Assembly (NCBI GenBank): GCA_951406725.2
Contig: OX597817.1
Span: 21,638,001 to 21,702,000, forward strand
From: Octopus vulgaris
Taxonomy: Eukaryota
Length of the DNA: 64,000 bases
Reading direction: 5' to 3'
Shown here: positions 1-16,104 of the stretch, piece by piece
How positions within the stretch are numbered: position 1 is the first letter of the stretch
How the letters are laid out: the number at the start of each line of letters is the position of its first letter
The notes under the pieces: generated by a model
What the model was told of the DNA's origin: nothing
The model's database searches: none
What the model saw: only the letters and a program-made list of their open reading frames with translations
Translations under genes and position numbers: made by a program

Positions 1-708
1 GTGTGTGTGAATGATAACAGTAGATGCGAAAAATAAATGGCTTCTATTGATTCATATTTATGTTTACTGGTACTTGTACATGTTGCATTGATTCGTATTG
101 TTTATTATCCCCTTTTTGCTTCGAAGAATGCGATGTCTTTGAAAGTCTCTAAGATTGGTGGGGTCGATGCAGTTGATGTGCAGGTTTGCAATAATGTCGT
201 GCTTCTAACCTAAGGGATGTTGGTTTGTGAGCGTATTTGATGCTGCATTTTTTTTTAATATTCTACTTTCCACGGAAATTCCTTCACCAATGATTATATT
301 TTATGGAGAGCTATTATTAATTCAATTGTTATACCATACTTCTGAATAACAAGTAATTGCCCATATGATCTGATGTCACACACACGCACAAACACGCTGA
401 AATGTATAGTAAGTGGATAATTGTATATGTTCCTGAGTGCAAGCATGTGCATGCATGTATATATATATGTACGTACGGATTTTTGTTGGCAATTACGTAC
501 ACCTTTCGAATTTCTCAACGTCAATATACCTAGCATGCACGTTTATGTGAGTGTTTAAAATTGCATTGTTTTCTTACCATATGAAACGAGAAACAATTTT
601 AATACAAAGCGATCAACATGAAAAATATGGTGTACTTTCGATCTGTTTTGTAATCATCATTGTTACACACATGCACACACAGAGAAATATATATATATAC
701 ATAAACAC

Positions 709-744
709 AGATAGGCAGACAAACAGACAGACAGACAGATAGAC

Positions 745-821
<77 letters not shown>

Positions 822-822
822 T

Positions 823-857
<35 letters not shown>

Positions 858-896
858 GGCAGATAGACAGACAGGCAGGCAGATAGATAGATAGAT
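709..896. repeat. Compound (GACA)n/(GATA)n microsatellite
   Basis: Directly visible tetranucleotide array. Confidence 0.97.
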
Positions 897-1802
<906 letters not shown>

Positions 1803-2108
1803 TGTTTCTTTAGTAGCCACACAGGGCTGAACAGAGACGGGACAAATTACAAAGTAGAGCTTTTCTTTTTGGGGAGAAAGAGAAAAAAATATGGGGTAGG
1901 TTTTCTATCAAAAGGGATCGTAAAAAGGAAAGAGAAAAAATGATAAATAGGGAACGTGTATCACAGAAATGTCATGATATAAAGTGTAAAGGGGAAGCAG
2001 ATAAGGTTTATCCGTGGAAAGATAAAGCCTACGGAAAAGACCACGGTAGCCTCGGTCAATAATATCACATGTTATCATATTTATTTGCAAGTAAGTAAAT
2101 CTCAGTTT
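1803..2108 (-). mobile_element. Second copy of the same Tx1-like LINE (3' UTR only)
   Basis: Colinear with 897-1330 (GCCACACAGGGCTG, GTAGAGCTTTT, AAGGTTTATCCG, AAGACCACGGTA shared). Confidence 0.8.
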
Positions 2109-2141
2109 TATATATATATATATATATAGATAGATAGATAT

Positions 2142-2199
<58 letters not shown>

Positions 2200-2401
2200 G
2201 ACACGTAGTAATATACACATGCGTGAATATGGAGGTGGTATTTAATTATACGTTAGATGAAGAGATCTTATTCCACCAAAGGTTTCTTTCGCTTTAGCTG
2301 TGGACTAACTATACATATGGTCGAATTCTGTGCAATCACTCATATGCCTATTTGACGAGCGGGACAAATTTAATCAAATACTGGCTCATAAATGTATTTT
2401 C

Positions 2402-2792
2402 TACTAGCAGTATCGCCCGGCGTTGCTCAGGTTTGTAAGGGAAATAACTATAAAGCATCTTTAGAGAGTTATAGCCAAAAAATAGCAAAAAAATGGGAAA
2501 AAAATGATGGTAAATTTTTTTTTGAGAGTAAAAAAAGGTTGAGTTGCGTCCCCTAGACAGTCTGTGGTTTGTTTTTTTTTATTCTCGACCCCATGTCGAA
2601 TTTATCGATTTTTTTCAGAACTGGGGGAACTTTTCAAAATTTTCGCTGCGTTAGTTTTGAATTATGACATTGGGCTATGCGTGTGTCAAGTTTCATCAGA
2701 ATCGGTTGAAAGCCGTGGTCAGGGTGAGGGTACGAGAAAACAGACACACAGAAACACGCACAGACAAACTGCCGTTTATATATAGAGAGATA
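2402..2792 (+). mobile_element. Non-autonomous Helentron-type (DINE-1/HINE-like) element
   Basis: Starts ACTAG followed by the CCCGGCGTTGCTCAGG short hairpin; contains AAGTTTCATCAGAATCGG; ends with (CAGA/CACA)n and TTTATATATAGAGAGAT, the typical HINE layout. Confidence 0.65.
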
Positions 2793-4070
2793 TAACTAAC
2801 ACCTAAATAGGCACATTTTAGACGCTACCCGTGACTAAACTAATGCAACAATGTATATCGATAGAGGAATTCATATACATATAAGTATGATATATTTATC
2901 ATGTATATACACTTAATTTAAACGCTGCAGTTTCAGAGTATATATTATAATTTTATCATACACTTTATAATCGTATTGTTGTGTATTATATGTGTGCATC
3001 GTTGTATATACCTGCGTGTGTTACTGTATACATGTTCTTCAGCGTGTGAATAAATAATGTGTTATATTCAACAATTTTTATCATTGTTTGGAGTACCTTT
3101 TAGATTTTTAAGTGCTGCGTGAATAATAAAGCACAAAATATTCGGCTTCTGTATTCCATTTTAATAGGAGTGTGCATCAATCACTTCAAACAGTTTTGTT
3201 TACTTCAAAGCCTCACTGCCATAGACAGATATACAGTTTTAATTGTTCCGCACCTTGGCGAGTTCACAATTCTTATATTTTCCAAGTGAAACGTTTGGCT
3301 TGTGGTGTGAACGGGGAAGGAAAATATGGTTATTTTCATAGTTACACTCAAATGTTGCTATTCCATTTTGTGTTGTTTAGCGTCACGTTTCCCGTGATCC
3401 TGGTCTCCAATAGTCCAAGACATTCCAAACGCAACCATCTTAATTTTTGTTTGTGCAAGAGCTGTGTATATATGTGATTGTGTGTGTGAGTGTGTGTGCG
3501 CGTGTGCGGATGTATGTGTGCATGTATGTATTATATTAATATACCCATACCGTCAGAAATGGTGGCATGAAAACGATACGGAAAATAAGATTAAAATTAA
3601 AAGATTACTACGTTAAACTCAGCAATTGTTTCCTCACCACGTTTCTAATGAAAACTAACAAGTTTTTTTTGTTTTGGATGGTCTTTTACCAATATTTTAA
3701 TATTATTATTGCTTCTCCTTTTACCCTATGCATCATAAAGTTGTCCATAGCTAAATCCTGGTGATGGTAGGATGATGCCAACATTGTTAAAACTCTGCCC
3801 TTGTGATTTGCTTATAGTCATTGCAAATTCTGGGAAAACTGTCGTCTAATCTTATATATACATACATAAATGCATATATATGCATATGTGTGTGTATGGT
3901 GAACGCGTCCCTCTCTTTACTACTTCCTCTCTCACGTTGCTATTATTTCTTCTCCCTGTCAGTCATGGCTATTACTCCCACTACATCACCTTTACTGAAT
4001 TACTATTTCTCTCGTCTCCATTCAGTTATACTACACTTTCTCTCACTCCCTCCTACTATGGGATTTTGGC

Positions 4071-4128
<58 letters not shown>

Positions 4129-5409
4129 CAAATATAGAATAACACTACGCTCATTATTATATTAGAAGATATATATTATACGTTATACATAAATTCACCT
4201 TATTCAATATACCAGCCCTGTTTCTAATGTTAAATTGTGATTAGAAAGGTTATTGGCTGATCTTCTTACGTTGTTGATCGACTTTCTCGTCGGCATTTTA
4301 TCAACATGTATTATGGTACTTTTGAATGTATATTTACAAAAACAAAAAGAAATGAAAAGAAAAATGAAAAGACAGAACCCTTTGCTTCGTCGCTTCTTCT
4401 TCCGATATCATTTCATCACTGCCTTAAAAAAGAATATGAGACTTCATGATAGAGAATAAAGCAATTGTTTCTAACCTGACACATTAACAGTGCAATATTA
4501 AATACTCTATCATCAGAATATAAATAAGAAACGCCACAAAGTCTAGATATCTTGATATTTAAATAGATTGCTTTGAAAGTGGATCGAAATCAATCTTCGT
4601 CAAATATATTTCAGCAGGGATACCTATATACTAAGTACATGCGTTTCAGCTAACACTAATGCAATGGTTGGAATATGACAAAGTACATCATAACCGGAAG
4701 CAGATTTGACAGGCTCGTTACATAATCTCAAACCTTGGACCACTTACTGGGGTGAAGCTAACTGATTCCAATGAGCTTTCCACATAACACTTCAGTACAT
4801 TATTTTGTTCAAAACCTATTACAGTGATTTATGATGTTTAGTTGACATAGGAATATCTTTAGCAAATGCAGTGTGTAAAAGAAACAGTGGCGTGTATTCT
4901 CACATTGTTAATAAATGAAACTGCGTCAGGAATTGTAATAATCTGTGAAAAAAATTTAACCGAAATTTTCATAAAGAGTAATAAAAACTTATAATATATC
5001 CAGGAAATAACGAGACTGACGTTTGTAAGGAAACAATATTTAAAGGAATAGCAATTAGAAAATAGGATCCACTACCGTAATATTTACTGTAATTGTACTT
5101 GATGTCTTCAAATGAAGAAATATTAAAATAATTCAAAGTAATATCGCTGCAAGCAGCTATTCACCAAATTATTCCATATGGAATTCTGGCAAAAAAAGAC
5201 GTTGATATATTTGTAGGAAATTCTAATTTTCTCGATTTGAAACTAAGGTATGCATATTTGCAACAAAAGAAATTGTGGAATCGTCAACAGTAGCATCAAA
5301 TGAATACTTGTGTGGATACGAGCCTAGAATATACTATTATAACTGTGTAGTCAATTGTAAATATATACTAGGCGGATAAATAAAAGTCAATTTAATTTTT
5401 TATGTTTCA

Positions 5410-5638
5410 CATTGTTTCACTCATTAGACTGCTGCTATGCTGGGGGCACCACCTGGAATGACTTTAGTTAGATTAATTCACCCCAGACCTTTGTTCCTTT
5501 AACCCTGGCACTTATTCTATCGGTATTTTTAGCCCAACTACTAATTATGGGGACGTATACACTCGAACAACGTTTGTCAAGCGTCGATGGGTGACAAACA
5601 TGAACGCAAAGACCCACAAACATACACATACAAACACG

Positions 5639-5691
<53 letters not shown>

Positions 5692-5848
5692 GATGGGCTT
5701 TTTTGAATTTATATCTACCAAATCCATTCGCAAGGCTTTGGTCAAACCTAGGCTATAGTGGTAGACACTTGTTCAAGGTTCCACGCAGAAGGAAGGAATC
5801 CCAAACCATATGGATGGGAAGCAAGCTATTTACCACATAGCTACGCCT
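5410..5848 (-). mobile_element. CORE-type tRNA-derived SINE (family C), diverged
   Basis: Reverse complement is colinear with 46146-46545, including the internal (TA)n(TG)n tract. Confidence 0.8.
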
Positions 5849-6126
5849 TGCACTATCTGCGTACATTTAAAAACTTTTAACAGTACGAAAAAAGAATAGG
5901 AAACTGGAATTTGACCTTCAAATCATTTTCTAAAACCGTTTTGTTTAAATGGCAAAAGACATTGTAGTCAGCCTCTTCAAACTTTTTACGGTTGGAAAAC
6001 TTGAATAATAAAGATTTCGTCGATGGATATAATGATAACACTACTACTAATAATAATAAAATAACATGCACATATCAGCAGGACGGAAAAAACACTTAGT
6101 CCTGCTTGCACACGGCTGTTGAATTC

Positions 6127-6322
6127 ATGATGATGATGATGATGATGATGATGATAATGATAATAATAATAATAACAACAACAATGATAATAATAATAAT
6201 GATAATAATGATTATAATAATAATGATAACAATGATGATGATGATGATAATAATAATGATAATAATAATGATGATGATAGTAATAATGATGATGATGATA
6301 ATAATAATAATAATAATAATAA
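6127..6322. repeat. (ATG)n/(ATA)n trinucleotide array
   Basis: Directly visible; source of the poly-M/I/H/Y ORFs. Confidence 0.97.
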
Positions 6323-6359
6323 TTCCAGCGCACATTATTATTGTTGTGGTTGTTATTTG

Positions 6360-7133
<774 letters not shown>

Positions 7134-7297
7134 TATAACATACAGAAAAGAGCACTACTTGTCACCGCACACAATCTATGTGAAAGAAGTTCAATACAGT
7201 GAAACTAAGAGCACCACAGCAAACAACATCACATACCTAAATCACACAGAGCTGTGCTCGGTAGTGCAGTTAAAACACGTGGCAAAAATAAGACTAC

Positions 7298-7300
<3 letters not shown>
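7134..7300 (+). mobile_element. R4/Dong-like non-LTR retrotransposon 3' end (opposite orientation)
   Basis: Plus strand reads YNIQKRALLVTAHNLCERSSIQ*; 3' UTR ends AAAAATAAGACTACTGA followed by (GTA)n. Confidence 0.7.

Positions 7301-7356
<56 letters not shown>
7301..7356. repeat. (TAG)n microsatellite
   Basis: Pure array. Confidence 0.97.
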
Positions 7357-7357
<1 letters not shown>

Positions 7358-7800
7358 ATCCTTTCTTTATTGCTCACTAAGGCGGAACACAAAACAGAGG
7401 ACGATAAACATACGAAGGACATTGAGGTTAAACGTGTACACAGTAAACAACAATTAACAACATATAATTCCAAATAGCGAGGAGATCTACCGAGAGGTGA
7501 TCAAAGCAACCTCAACCACTTTGAGCCCATAACACCAAGACATCACTCGTCCTCACTCCATTAGTCCCACAGGCGCACACTTAGAATAGGACCATTTCAA
7601 CAATGATACCTTACCCAAAGAGTAAGGTACCCATATTCAACACTTCCAGTAGCGTCCACCATACATCCTTTTTCGTCATGGCCACCAGAAAGAGAAAAAC
7701 TGCCTTTCCTTCCCGACCAAAGAAAGGAGGTGGGGGTAATATTTCCGATGGAGTCGGACTCACAACAGGTTGCCGTCCGCTGTCACAGGATAAACCGGAG
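7358..7800 (-). mobile_element. Divergent Tx1-like LINE 3' fragment (second subfamily)
   Basis: Minus strand PPFFGREGKAVFLFLVAMTKKDVWWTLLEVL aligns with PPSFKREGRAIFIILVAMAKECIWWTRLKGL of the 897-1636 copy; ends GTGAGCAATAAAGAAA next to the (TAG)n array. Confidence 0.7.
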
Positions 7801-7847
7801 CAAGTAAGGCAGAATGCTTTGAGAAGTAAAATAACATAATAGTAAAG

Positions 7848-8405
7848 TTGCGTTGATGTAGTAACAGAGGGTGGCTCACGTGACTTCTGATGTTAATTGA
7901 TTGGAAGAGTTATCATGTATATGCTTTGTCTTGATGTAAAGGATGAGCTATTGGAAATATTCTCCTCAATATCGCAGAACTGATTGTCGATTGCTTCAAC
8001 TTTACCATTTCAACATGCCTCATACACGCTTGCGATATGTGCATATTTGATCACGAGCAGAAATAGTGGGGGTGGATCATAGCCATGTACTCAGGGGTAT
8101 TCTTTAGTTTTTGAATAATTCACCTTTGGAAACGTGTGCTTCTTTCATCAATCTTAAACAACTCTTACTCAGGAAACTTTAGGACGTGATGAGCAGCTCG
8201 ACCTGAATCAAATTCGCACTAGGCCCCACTGCAAGGTCCTGTACTCTTTAATCCGATACGAGGTCAACATGTCGCATGCATATGGTTGTGATGCATGTTT
8301 CCGATGCACATTCATCAGTCGAGTAGTCACGATGGTTATATTGGGCTTCTTATATTTGTAACCTTGTGTCACCTTGATGGCATGTACTGCTCCCTCACTC
8401 AAAAT
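7848..8405 (+). mobile_element. Family X element, diverged, inverted relative to 6360-6916
   Basis: Shared blocks GATTGGAA, TGAATAATTCACCT, TGTGATGCATGT, TGGGCTTC, CTCACTCA in the same order as the reverse complement of 6360-6916. Confidence 0.75.
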
Positions 8406-9217
8406 TAATTATAATGTTGATGATGTTGATGACAACAATGGTGATGATCCTAGTGTCATCAGTAACACTAGCAAAAATGATATTCAGAATGCAGTAAAAG
8501 CAGTGAAATCAAAACCAATAAATGTCAGAACGCTGCACATATAACGTAAGTGTAAAGGCGATAAAAGTACACAATCTAAAGAATACCGTAGCTAAGCAGT
8601 TTTACTTGAAAAGGACAGTAACATCGATCTTATAGGGAGGCTGCAAACAACAACACCTACTTCACACAAACATAATAAAATAGACACGGCCTGAGTGATG
8701 TAATCATCAAAAATGTGTCACACACTACATATACTATATACCAGTTTACAACCCCACGATTTCTTTCTACCAATTCCACCCCGCCCCGAGAAATGTATAC
8801 ACTACAATGAATAGATAAGATATCTTATTGTTTATGTTTAATCCGGAGGCAAGACAGTGCTCAAATGCATTTATTTAGTCTACGAAATTAGTGGGTGCAA
8901 AGTAAGAACGTGTATTTAAAACATAATCGTGTCCGGAGTGCTCGCAGAAGACCACTTGAGGTAGAATGTAGTAGTCGAAAATCAGGTTACTATACCCCTC
9001 GCCCGTGAAGGCCATTCGTAATGTGAACTCTAAATACGAAGAGTCAGGAAAATATGTGATATCTAGTCCATCAACTCCCTAAACAATGAAAGCGATAATT
9101 CATACCCTTGGTGTTTATTCTCAGAGTGCAGAGAATTGATATAATTACTATGAAGCACAGGTTCTAACGCTCTAACGCCTCTACATATTCGCTTCCTTAA
9201 TACCAATGCCAATTCAC

Positions 9218-9219
<2 letters not shown>

Positions 9220-9270
<51 letters not shown>

Positions 9271-9286
9271 CGCACACACACACACA
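9220..9286. repeat. (CA)n microsatellite
   Basis: Directly visible. Confidence 0.97.
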
Positions 9287-9439
9287 CTTTTTACACGCTT
9301 TCGAAAATGACGTACTTAACCCAACACTAGAATATGTAGCTGTGATTCACCTTAGAATTACTGTTCCGTAAAGTCAATAACCAATGATATAACAGAAGAG
9401 GTATCTTAAAAACATAATGCAAATTAACATATGGGTATC

Positions 9440-9830
9440 ATAACTTGGCACAAGGCCAGCGATTTCGGCGGAGCTTGTAAATCGATTACATTAACTCCAG
9501 TGTTCAAAGGAAACTTCTTTTATCGACTCGAAACGATGAATCGCAAAGTAATCCTGGGTGGAATTCGAACTCAGTACGTGAAGACGGACGAAATGCCGCT
9601 AAGCATTTTGCCCGATATCCGAAAGTTTCTTCCAGCTCACCGGCTTAGAATGGCACAATGAGATGAAATACGAGGAGATTTAAGTCTATTATATCTACTC
9701 CAGTATTCAACAGTCACATTACTTTATCGAGCCCCAAAGGATGAAAGGCAAAGTCCTCCCCGGCAGCTTTTGATCCCAGAGAAACGAAATGCCGCTAAGC
9801 ATTTTGTGTGGCTTGCTAACGATTCTGCTC
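9440..9830 (-). mobile_element. Two adjacent diverged family-M SINE copies
   Basis: Both carry TTTATCGA...GATGAA...AAAGT...GAAATGCCGCTAAGCATTTTG as in 27118-27349 (copies approx. 9440-9645 and 9680-9830). Confidence 0.8.
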
Positions 9831-10194
9831 CTGAATGTATATTATAATATTGAGATCTCTTACATCTATACTTCACACTAATCATATTCTAGTTAGATAC
9901 CACGAATACACGTAATACTGCTCAAATTGTACATATTCTCACAGTAACACAAAAAACAGTTGACGAAATACTTCAACAAAGCCGAAACAATTGTATCATA
10001 GGCACCTTATTCTGCATCTCCTCCCCTAAGAAAAGCAATGCCAGATAATCTAAGAAAATGGGTTGTACACTTTGTGCTCGAGTAGGAGTTAAAATGGAAC
10101 TGCTGAAGTAGCAATAACTGTAACACTACACAATAATGAGTTGTAACTTAAAAGCTAAAAAACTAATTGCCATGAAATAAATAACATGATAATA

Positions 10195-10392
10195 GTGGTT
10201 TCAAAATTTGACACAATCTCAGCAGTTTAGGGTTAAGGTTGATTACATCGATCCCAGTGCTTAACTGGTACTCATTTTATCGACCCCAAAAGGATGAAAA
10301 GCAAAGTTGACCTCGGCGTAATTTGCATTCAGAAGTACGAAATGCCGAACACATTTTACCCGGTGTGTTATTGATTCTGCGTTCTCGCCACA
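10195..10392 (-). mobile_element. Family-M SINE
   Basis: CCCAGTGCTTAACTGGTACTCATTTTATCGACCCCAAAAGGATGAAAAGCAAAGTTGACCTCGGCG core. Confidence 0.85.
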
Positions 10393-11579
10393 TTAAACCG
10401 CATAATAATAATGATATTCATAATGATTTCTTCATGATTGTATCACATGAACAATAAGGATAGTAATATTAACGGTTGCAATAGAAATAAAAAAATAAAA
10501 TGTCGAAAATAATTTTTCAATGGGTTGCTAAAAAGATTTCTGTACTTTTGTTACACGATGCACCTAAAGAGGTTCTCCTGTGTATTTGATTAAAGTAGCC
10601 GGCGTTTGGTCTCAGACAGATGTCTATTTCCCATTTGTATAACGCACCTAATTCAGTAATGGATTTATTCAGTCGACCATCAACAAGTCAATTTCTGGAC
10701 GGATTTCAGTAATGTATATATGCGTATGAATCAGTGCGTATATTTTTTATGTACATATATAAACAAACACACACACACCAACACAGACACATAAAGCTGC
10801 ACACAGCTACATACTTATATTTACAGACACACGTATATATACATGTATATATTTATGCATAGGTGTTTCTATATGAATAAATATAAATGTGTGTGTGTAT
10901 GTGTGTATGAATGTAGGTAAAAATATACATATATATACATACAATATACTATGTAATGTCCTGAATCAGATCTACCGAAATAGTTTTAAATATTAAAGAG
11001 CCACTAGATACCATGAAGAAATGTATGAGAATGTAAATACATTTTCCCTAAGATTTCGAAGAATGAGAAGGCGAGACCCTCGGTTGGGGATCAGTTTTGC
11101 AAATATATCTACCTAATCTTACCATACCGCTGTATATAGCTTAATTCGCATATTTATATATTACACCGCTCATGAAGTAAATTTATGCACTGTGCAGATA
11201 ATTTCAGTACTTCTGATACACGTTGGGGCGCACATAAAATATATATAGTTCACCCACTCACTAGAACCGGAAACTGAAGATAACGAAATGAAAATACCCA
11301 CCTACGGTGGACTAGTATTATATAAGGTAAGTCGAAGTAAAAGCTATCGATTAGAGATTATTCGTATGTTTTGTCTGAAGAATAATCGAATACTTGTGAA
11401 AAGATCCGCCATATGACGTAACGTCTATTCCGTCCATCGAAAGCAAGACATATTTACATTTTATTATTAGCTTGATGCTTTCCAATATTCAAAATTATTC
11501 CAAACACATATGCGTATATTCACAGTATCTACAGTCTCAAGCATACTATTACATGTTGTTTATGTACCACTGGCGACAA

Positions 11580-13010
11580 GGCGCTTACACATTTGTTCTT
11601 GATTGTGGCATTCTGTTCCATCCTGGCCCCTATTGCTAGATTATTTTCTCATCGTTGTGGGGGGCCTTCGAACTGGCCCTTTCCGGTCTCTTTGTATACC
11701 ACTCGGCAACTGTTTTCTGTGAACCTTGAGGCATTCCCGTCACAACGAAGCATGTGCTTTCGCTATTATGCCATCACATCATTGACTCCGCCCTGTTAGG
11801 TTCTCGTAATAATATTGTTAGCATGGATCTTTCCACAGCCATTTGCATCATAGCCAATCAAGGTTCTATCCTCTTCGTTGTAGCTCACGTCTCACTTCAA
11901 TTTAAGAACACAGCTTGGACAGTGTTATTGAAGAGATGGCACTCGTGGTATTGTTTACCTTTGATTTGAGTACGTTATTTACTGACTTAAATGCCTCCAA
12001 TGCTTTCAATTCTGTCTTTGTTCTTTTTGAAATTTTAGCATCCATATCTCGGCACATATTCACTGTATATCGTAGGTGGATGTGGTCCTTAACCTATCCG
12101 AAGTCATCCCTTCCCTGCCTACCTCTACTCGGCTATGTGTGGCATCTTCCGACCGCATATATTTTCTTTTCATATGGTTGTCTTAACAACTACTGCTAAG
12201 CTATCAGTGTCCAGTTTTTTTTTTATTTCAAATATGGTTTCCAGCTGATTTGTAGTTATAGCGATGAGTACAATGTCATCTGCTAATCGATATTGTTTTA
12301 GTTGCTCACCATTGCTTTTTCACACCACGTGTGAAGTCAATGTCATTGATGACCATTTCTAGACATGCGTTAACGAACATTGGGGAGAAGTGTCCTTCTC
12401 ATTTGGGACACTTACTGGTCTTCATAGCAGAGCTATATTTGCTGTGCATCAACATTTCTGTTCTCTGACCAGTTTGATGTATTTGATGCATTTCCATTGA
12501 TTTCAAGACTGCCTTTGTTTCAACGCTATCGACGGTCTTTTCTTAATAAACAAAAGTGACACACAGGGGGAATCTATTCGTTCCCTCGTTCTATGAGCTG
12601 AGTAAGAGTAAATATATGATCTATTGTAGTATAGTACTTATGGAAACCTTCTTGCTCTCACTGCTCTCCGTCGTCAAGGTGTTTCGATAACTGGTGATTA
12701 TGAAATTTGTTAGCAGCTTCTAGGAGTGAGACAAGATGCATATGGAGAGTAATTTTTAAAATCTTCTTTGTCACCTATCTTGTGAAGCCGGATAGTATTT
12801 GACTCTTTCCACAGTGAGGGCGTTTTACCCTCCTTCCGATAGGGATTCAAGAGTAGAATGTGGATTTTCCAGAGCTCACTACCTCCTCAGTTTTAATTTT
12901 TCTTGTTTTGTAATTTTATCTTTTGCTCTATCTGTTTTCATCAGTTTGAGGTAATTCTCAATTTCACTGATCAGCATAGGTGGCACTTCTCCCACCATTC
13001 GTGGCAGTGG
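11580..13010 (-). mobile_element. Decayed RTE-clade LINE (RT domain to C-terminus)
   Basis: Minus-strand fragments in RT order: WKESNTIRLHKIGDKEDFKNY, EQEGFHKYYTTIDHIFTL, PLCVTFVY*EKTVDSVETKAVL, SPMFVNACLEMV, NGEQLKQYRLADDIVLIA; many stops and frameshifts. Confidence 0.85.
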
Positions 13011-13974
13011 CGAATTAATCTTCATTGACGATTTAGAAAGCTGAGTGACGAAGGTGTTGCATACCTCACATATAGCAAATCGTTACAATGAAACCACCCA
13101 TGATCTTAAACATTATCAATTCCGACCTGGAGAATGCTGCTATCTTCTTAATTTTTTCCTTCTTATTATGCAGCCTGCAACGATTTCTTTAGTCTATGAT
13201 TATCGAGGGTCATTTCTTAGATGTCATCCATTCGCTTTGTAGAGAAAAACATTCGCATTGTGATGTGATTGTTTTGCTCCCCTTTATACATTTCAGTTAC
13301 TCGAACATTTTTTTCGTTTCCTCTGAGCATATGCAGATAAGAGTAGACCTCCCAGTAGAACTCCTAGATAATTAGTATAAATTAAACAAAAATGACTCAG
13401 AGTGTTCCGTGTCGTGTGTTTGATTAATATCAGGCCCCCATAAGTTATATATTTGCTACAAGTATCTCCGTTCCTAGAGGATTTGCAATAATCACCAAAT
13501 AGCAATCAAGACCACCTCCATATGAGAAGGGGAGATAACTGCACAAATAAAGATTTCTAAAAATTTGAAATGCCATTAAGGAAAAGGATCTACGTAATGC
13601 CTGGAGAAAGGAGGAGAGTCAAAATTCATATTGCTCACACAGTCAGCATTAACAGCAAGAAGTCATGTTACCTAGAATATGCAAATTAAAAAAACTGTTT
13701 TCTCTTATTTTTATACAACCAATACCCTCTATTGCAGTGGACTGAATAGGACAATTGTCTTGTATGAATATGTGTGAGCATACATATACTTTTTATGAGA
13801 AATTGTTTGAAATATATGAAAATTAGTGAGCTGTTCGGAAAGTAACTTATATTAGCAGCATACACGCAATTCTACGGGAAGAGAATATTCTGCATTATTT
13901 ATTATTTGTGCATGAGCTAAATGATATAGAGAAAGTATACAAACACTTGCTACTACTGTGCATATATTTCACAG

Positions 13975-14107
13975 ACATATATATATATATATATAATGCG
14001 TCGAATTTCATAAGTATATATATATATATATACACACACACAAATATATATATATAAATATATGTATGTATATATATATAGATATAGATATATACATGTA
14101 TGTATAG

Positions 14108-14143
<36 letters not shown>

Positions 14144-14160
14144 GTATAGATATATACATG

Positions 14161-14224
<64 letters not shown>

Positions 14225-14240
14225 CATGTACTTATATGTG
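13975..14240. repeat. Degenerate (TA)n-rich array
   Basis: Directly visible; one of many (TA)n tracts (others near 4075, 19140, 22350, 23010, 23850, 24650, 40190, 47120, 50590, 56500, 60015, 60880). Confidence 0.95.
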
Positions 14241-15561
14241 TTTCTGTGTGTATGGATATAATCACATAAGTGTATGCCATTAATTTCCAATTAATCAACA
14301 ACAAACGATGCTTTTAACAATTTCAGTAAAAACTTACATTGAAGAATATAATTTATCAATTAAGCAATATCTGTTTAGACAGTTAGGGACTATCACACGC
14401 TACTTGTCAGCGGTTTCTTCCTATATGTATCGCTAAATTCATTACGAATTTGGAAATGTTCACTTAGAAATTGCAGAGAAATTTGATTTGTAGTTCGTAT
14501 TTTCTTTTAATTTACTTTTCATGCAAACCAAAGAAAGCTGTATTCCACTAAATTTGTTAAATTCGACTACTCTGACAGTATATAGTTTCAGTAGAATTGT
14601 CTTATAAAATTACGAATTCTCATAAAATATTGATTTTTGGTTTAGACTTTTGTCCGCAAGACAGATGGAGTCTATATGATGTATAGACCCTAGTACTAGG
14701 TCGATATTTGGTATAGTTATTCAGATGAGAGAAAAGTCATCAACGACTTTAATAGAATTTGAACACGCGACTTGCTACTCGTAATTTTCTGTGCATTCTA
14801 CATTCGTTACACTCTCGCCATAGAGTCACTCACACTCTCTTGCCCCTCTCTCTCTCTCTTTTTCCCTCTCTTGTTTTGCATATTTACCATGGAAGCCATT
14901 AGAATAATTTTGAACATGAAAGTAAAATACCAGTATGTGTGTATATGATTGTGTGTGTGTTCGTGTGAGTACACCAGTGCCTGTGTATGTGTGCGCATAT
15001 GCATGCGCGCGTGTCCGAGCGTTTATGTGCGTGATGTATTTTGTAGGAATATTAAGAAAACATTGCGCAAAGGTACAGGAGTTAAAAAAGAGAGTGTGGG
15101 AGAGAAAATTCAGAATCAGATCAACAGTCGCAAATCAGACACCTAGCCTCAAGTTATCACCTCTCTTTTTTTAATCTGCAAGTTCTTTCACTAACTATTA
15201 AGCGCAGGTCTCAAAAAAAAAAAAAAAAAACTCCTGCAGTTTACTCCCTGCACAGTTATCATCATGCAGCCGTTTAAGCGAAACTTTATCAGCAAAAATT
15301 TCACTGGTATCACATGAAATGTAAAGTTAACGCTACAGCTCAAACTTACAAATATTGATTTAAATTTTAGTTTGAATAGCTCTTACTAAATACTCTAGAA
15401 AAGCCGATTCCAAAGGCAGGACTGGGAAAACATTTTGGAATAAAGAAACATTAGTGCAAATGCCGGTGCCCTAGCGTGGCCACGACCTCTAGCCGAAACC
15501 AATAACAGAATAATAAAAGTTATAGTATCTTATCTTAATGACATTGTATATTTTTGATATA

Positions 15562-15941
15562 CTCTACCGTCAGAAATTAATTAGCACCCTTGATTTGCTC
15601 TTCACTCAAGGTATGTGCTGTCACCTAGTGGCCATATCTCGAACTATTGCTTTGTTGCGAGTTCACTGTTGCGCAGAACGATGACGTAACTTTGTTTGCA
15701 GAGCAGTTTGAGAGTCTACAGCCTTATGATGTTGACATAGCAGTGCAACAACAACTTGGAGTGCGGATGCAGACAAATCTTCCTTTGTTTAATAGATATA
15801 GGTAGCGCCTCGCAAGGACCGAAATCACACCATACTAAGTTTTCTCATCGCGTAAGACATTTTGAACAGCTCATAGGTTAATTGATTTAACCTATTTAAT
15901 GTAGAAATTTGAGAAGTGCTAATTAATTTCTGACGCAAGTG
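15562..15941. mobile_element. Tc1/mariner-type MITE
   Basis: Terminal inverted repeats CTCTACCGTCAGAAATTAATTAGCAC and GTGCTAATTAATTTCTGACGCAAGTG, each flanked by TA; no ORF. Confidence 0.8.
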
Positions 15942-16104
15942 TATTCCTATAGGGTTTATTTTTTTTTTCATCATTTTCATGTCTATAAATTTTGTATCAG
16001 ACAAGAACTAACCGTAGTCGAATCGACTGTATCTCTTACGAAGTTATAGCTTATTTCACACATTATAAATCATTGACATATTTTAAGCAATGTTATCATT
16101 GAAA

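Noticed and set aside
1-290. Possible GIY-YIG C-terminal remnant on the minus strand (PWKVE..., LEA..IIANLHIN)
   Set aside because: Needs several frameshifts and has no diagnostic motif; too weak to call.
4253-4459. Hydrophobic ORF as the signal-peptide exon of the Ig gene
   Set aside because: Starts at TTG, no convincing phase-1 donor, composition explained by AT-rich sequence.
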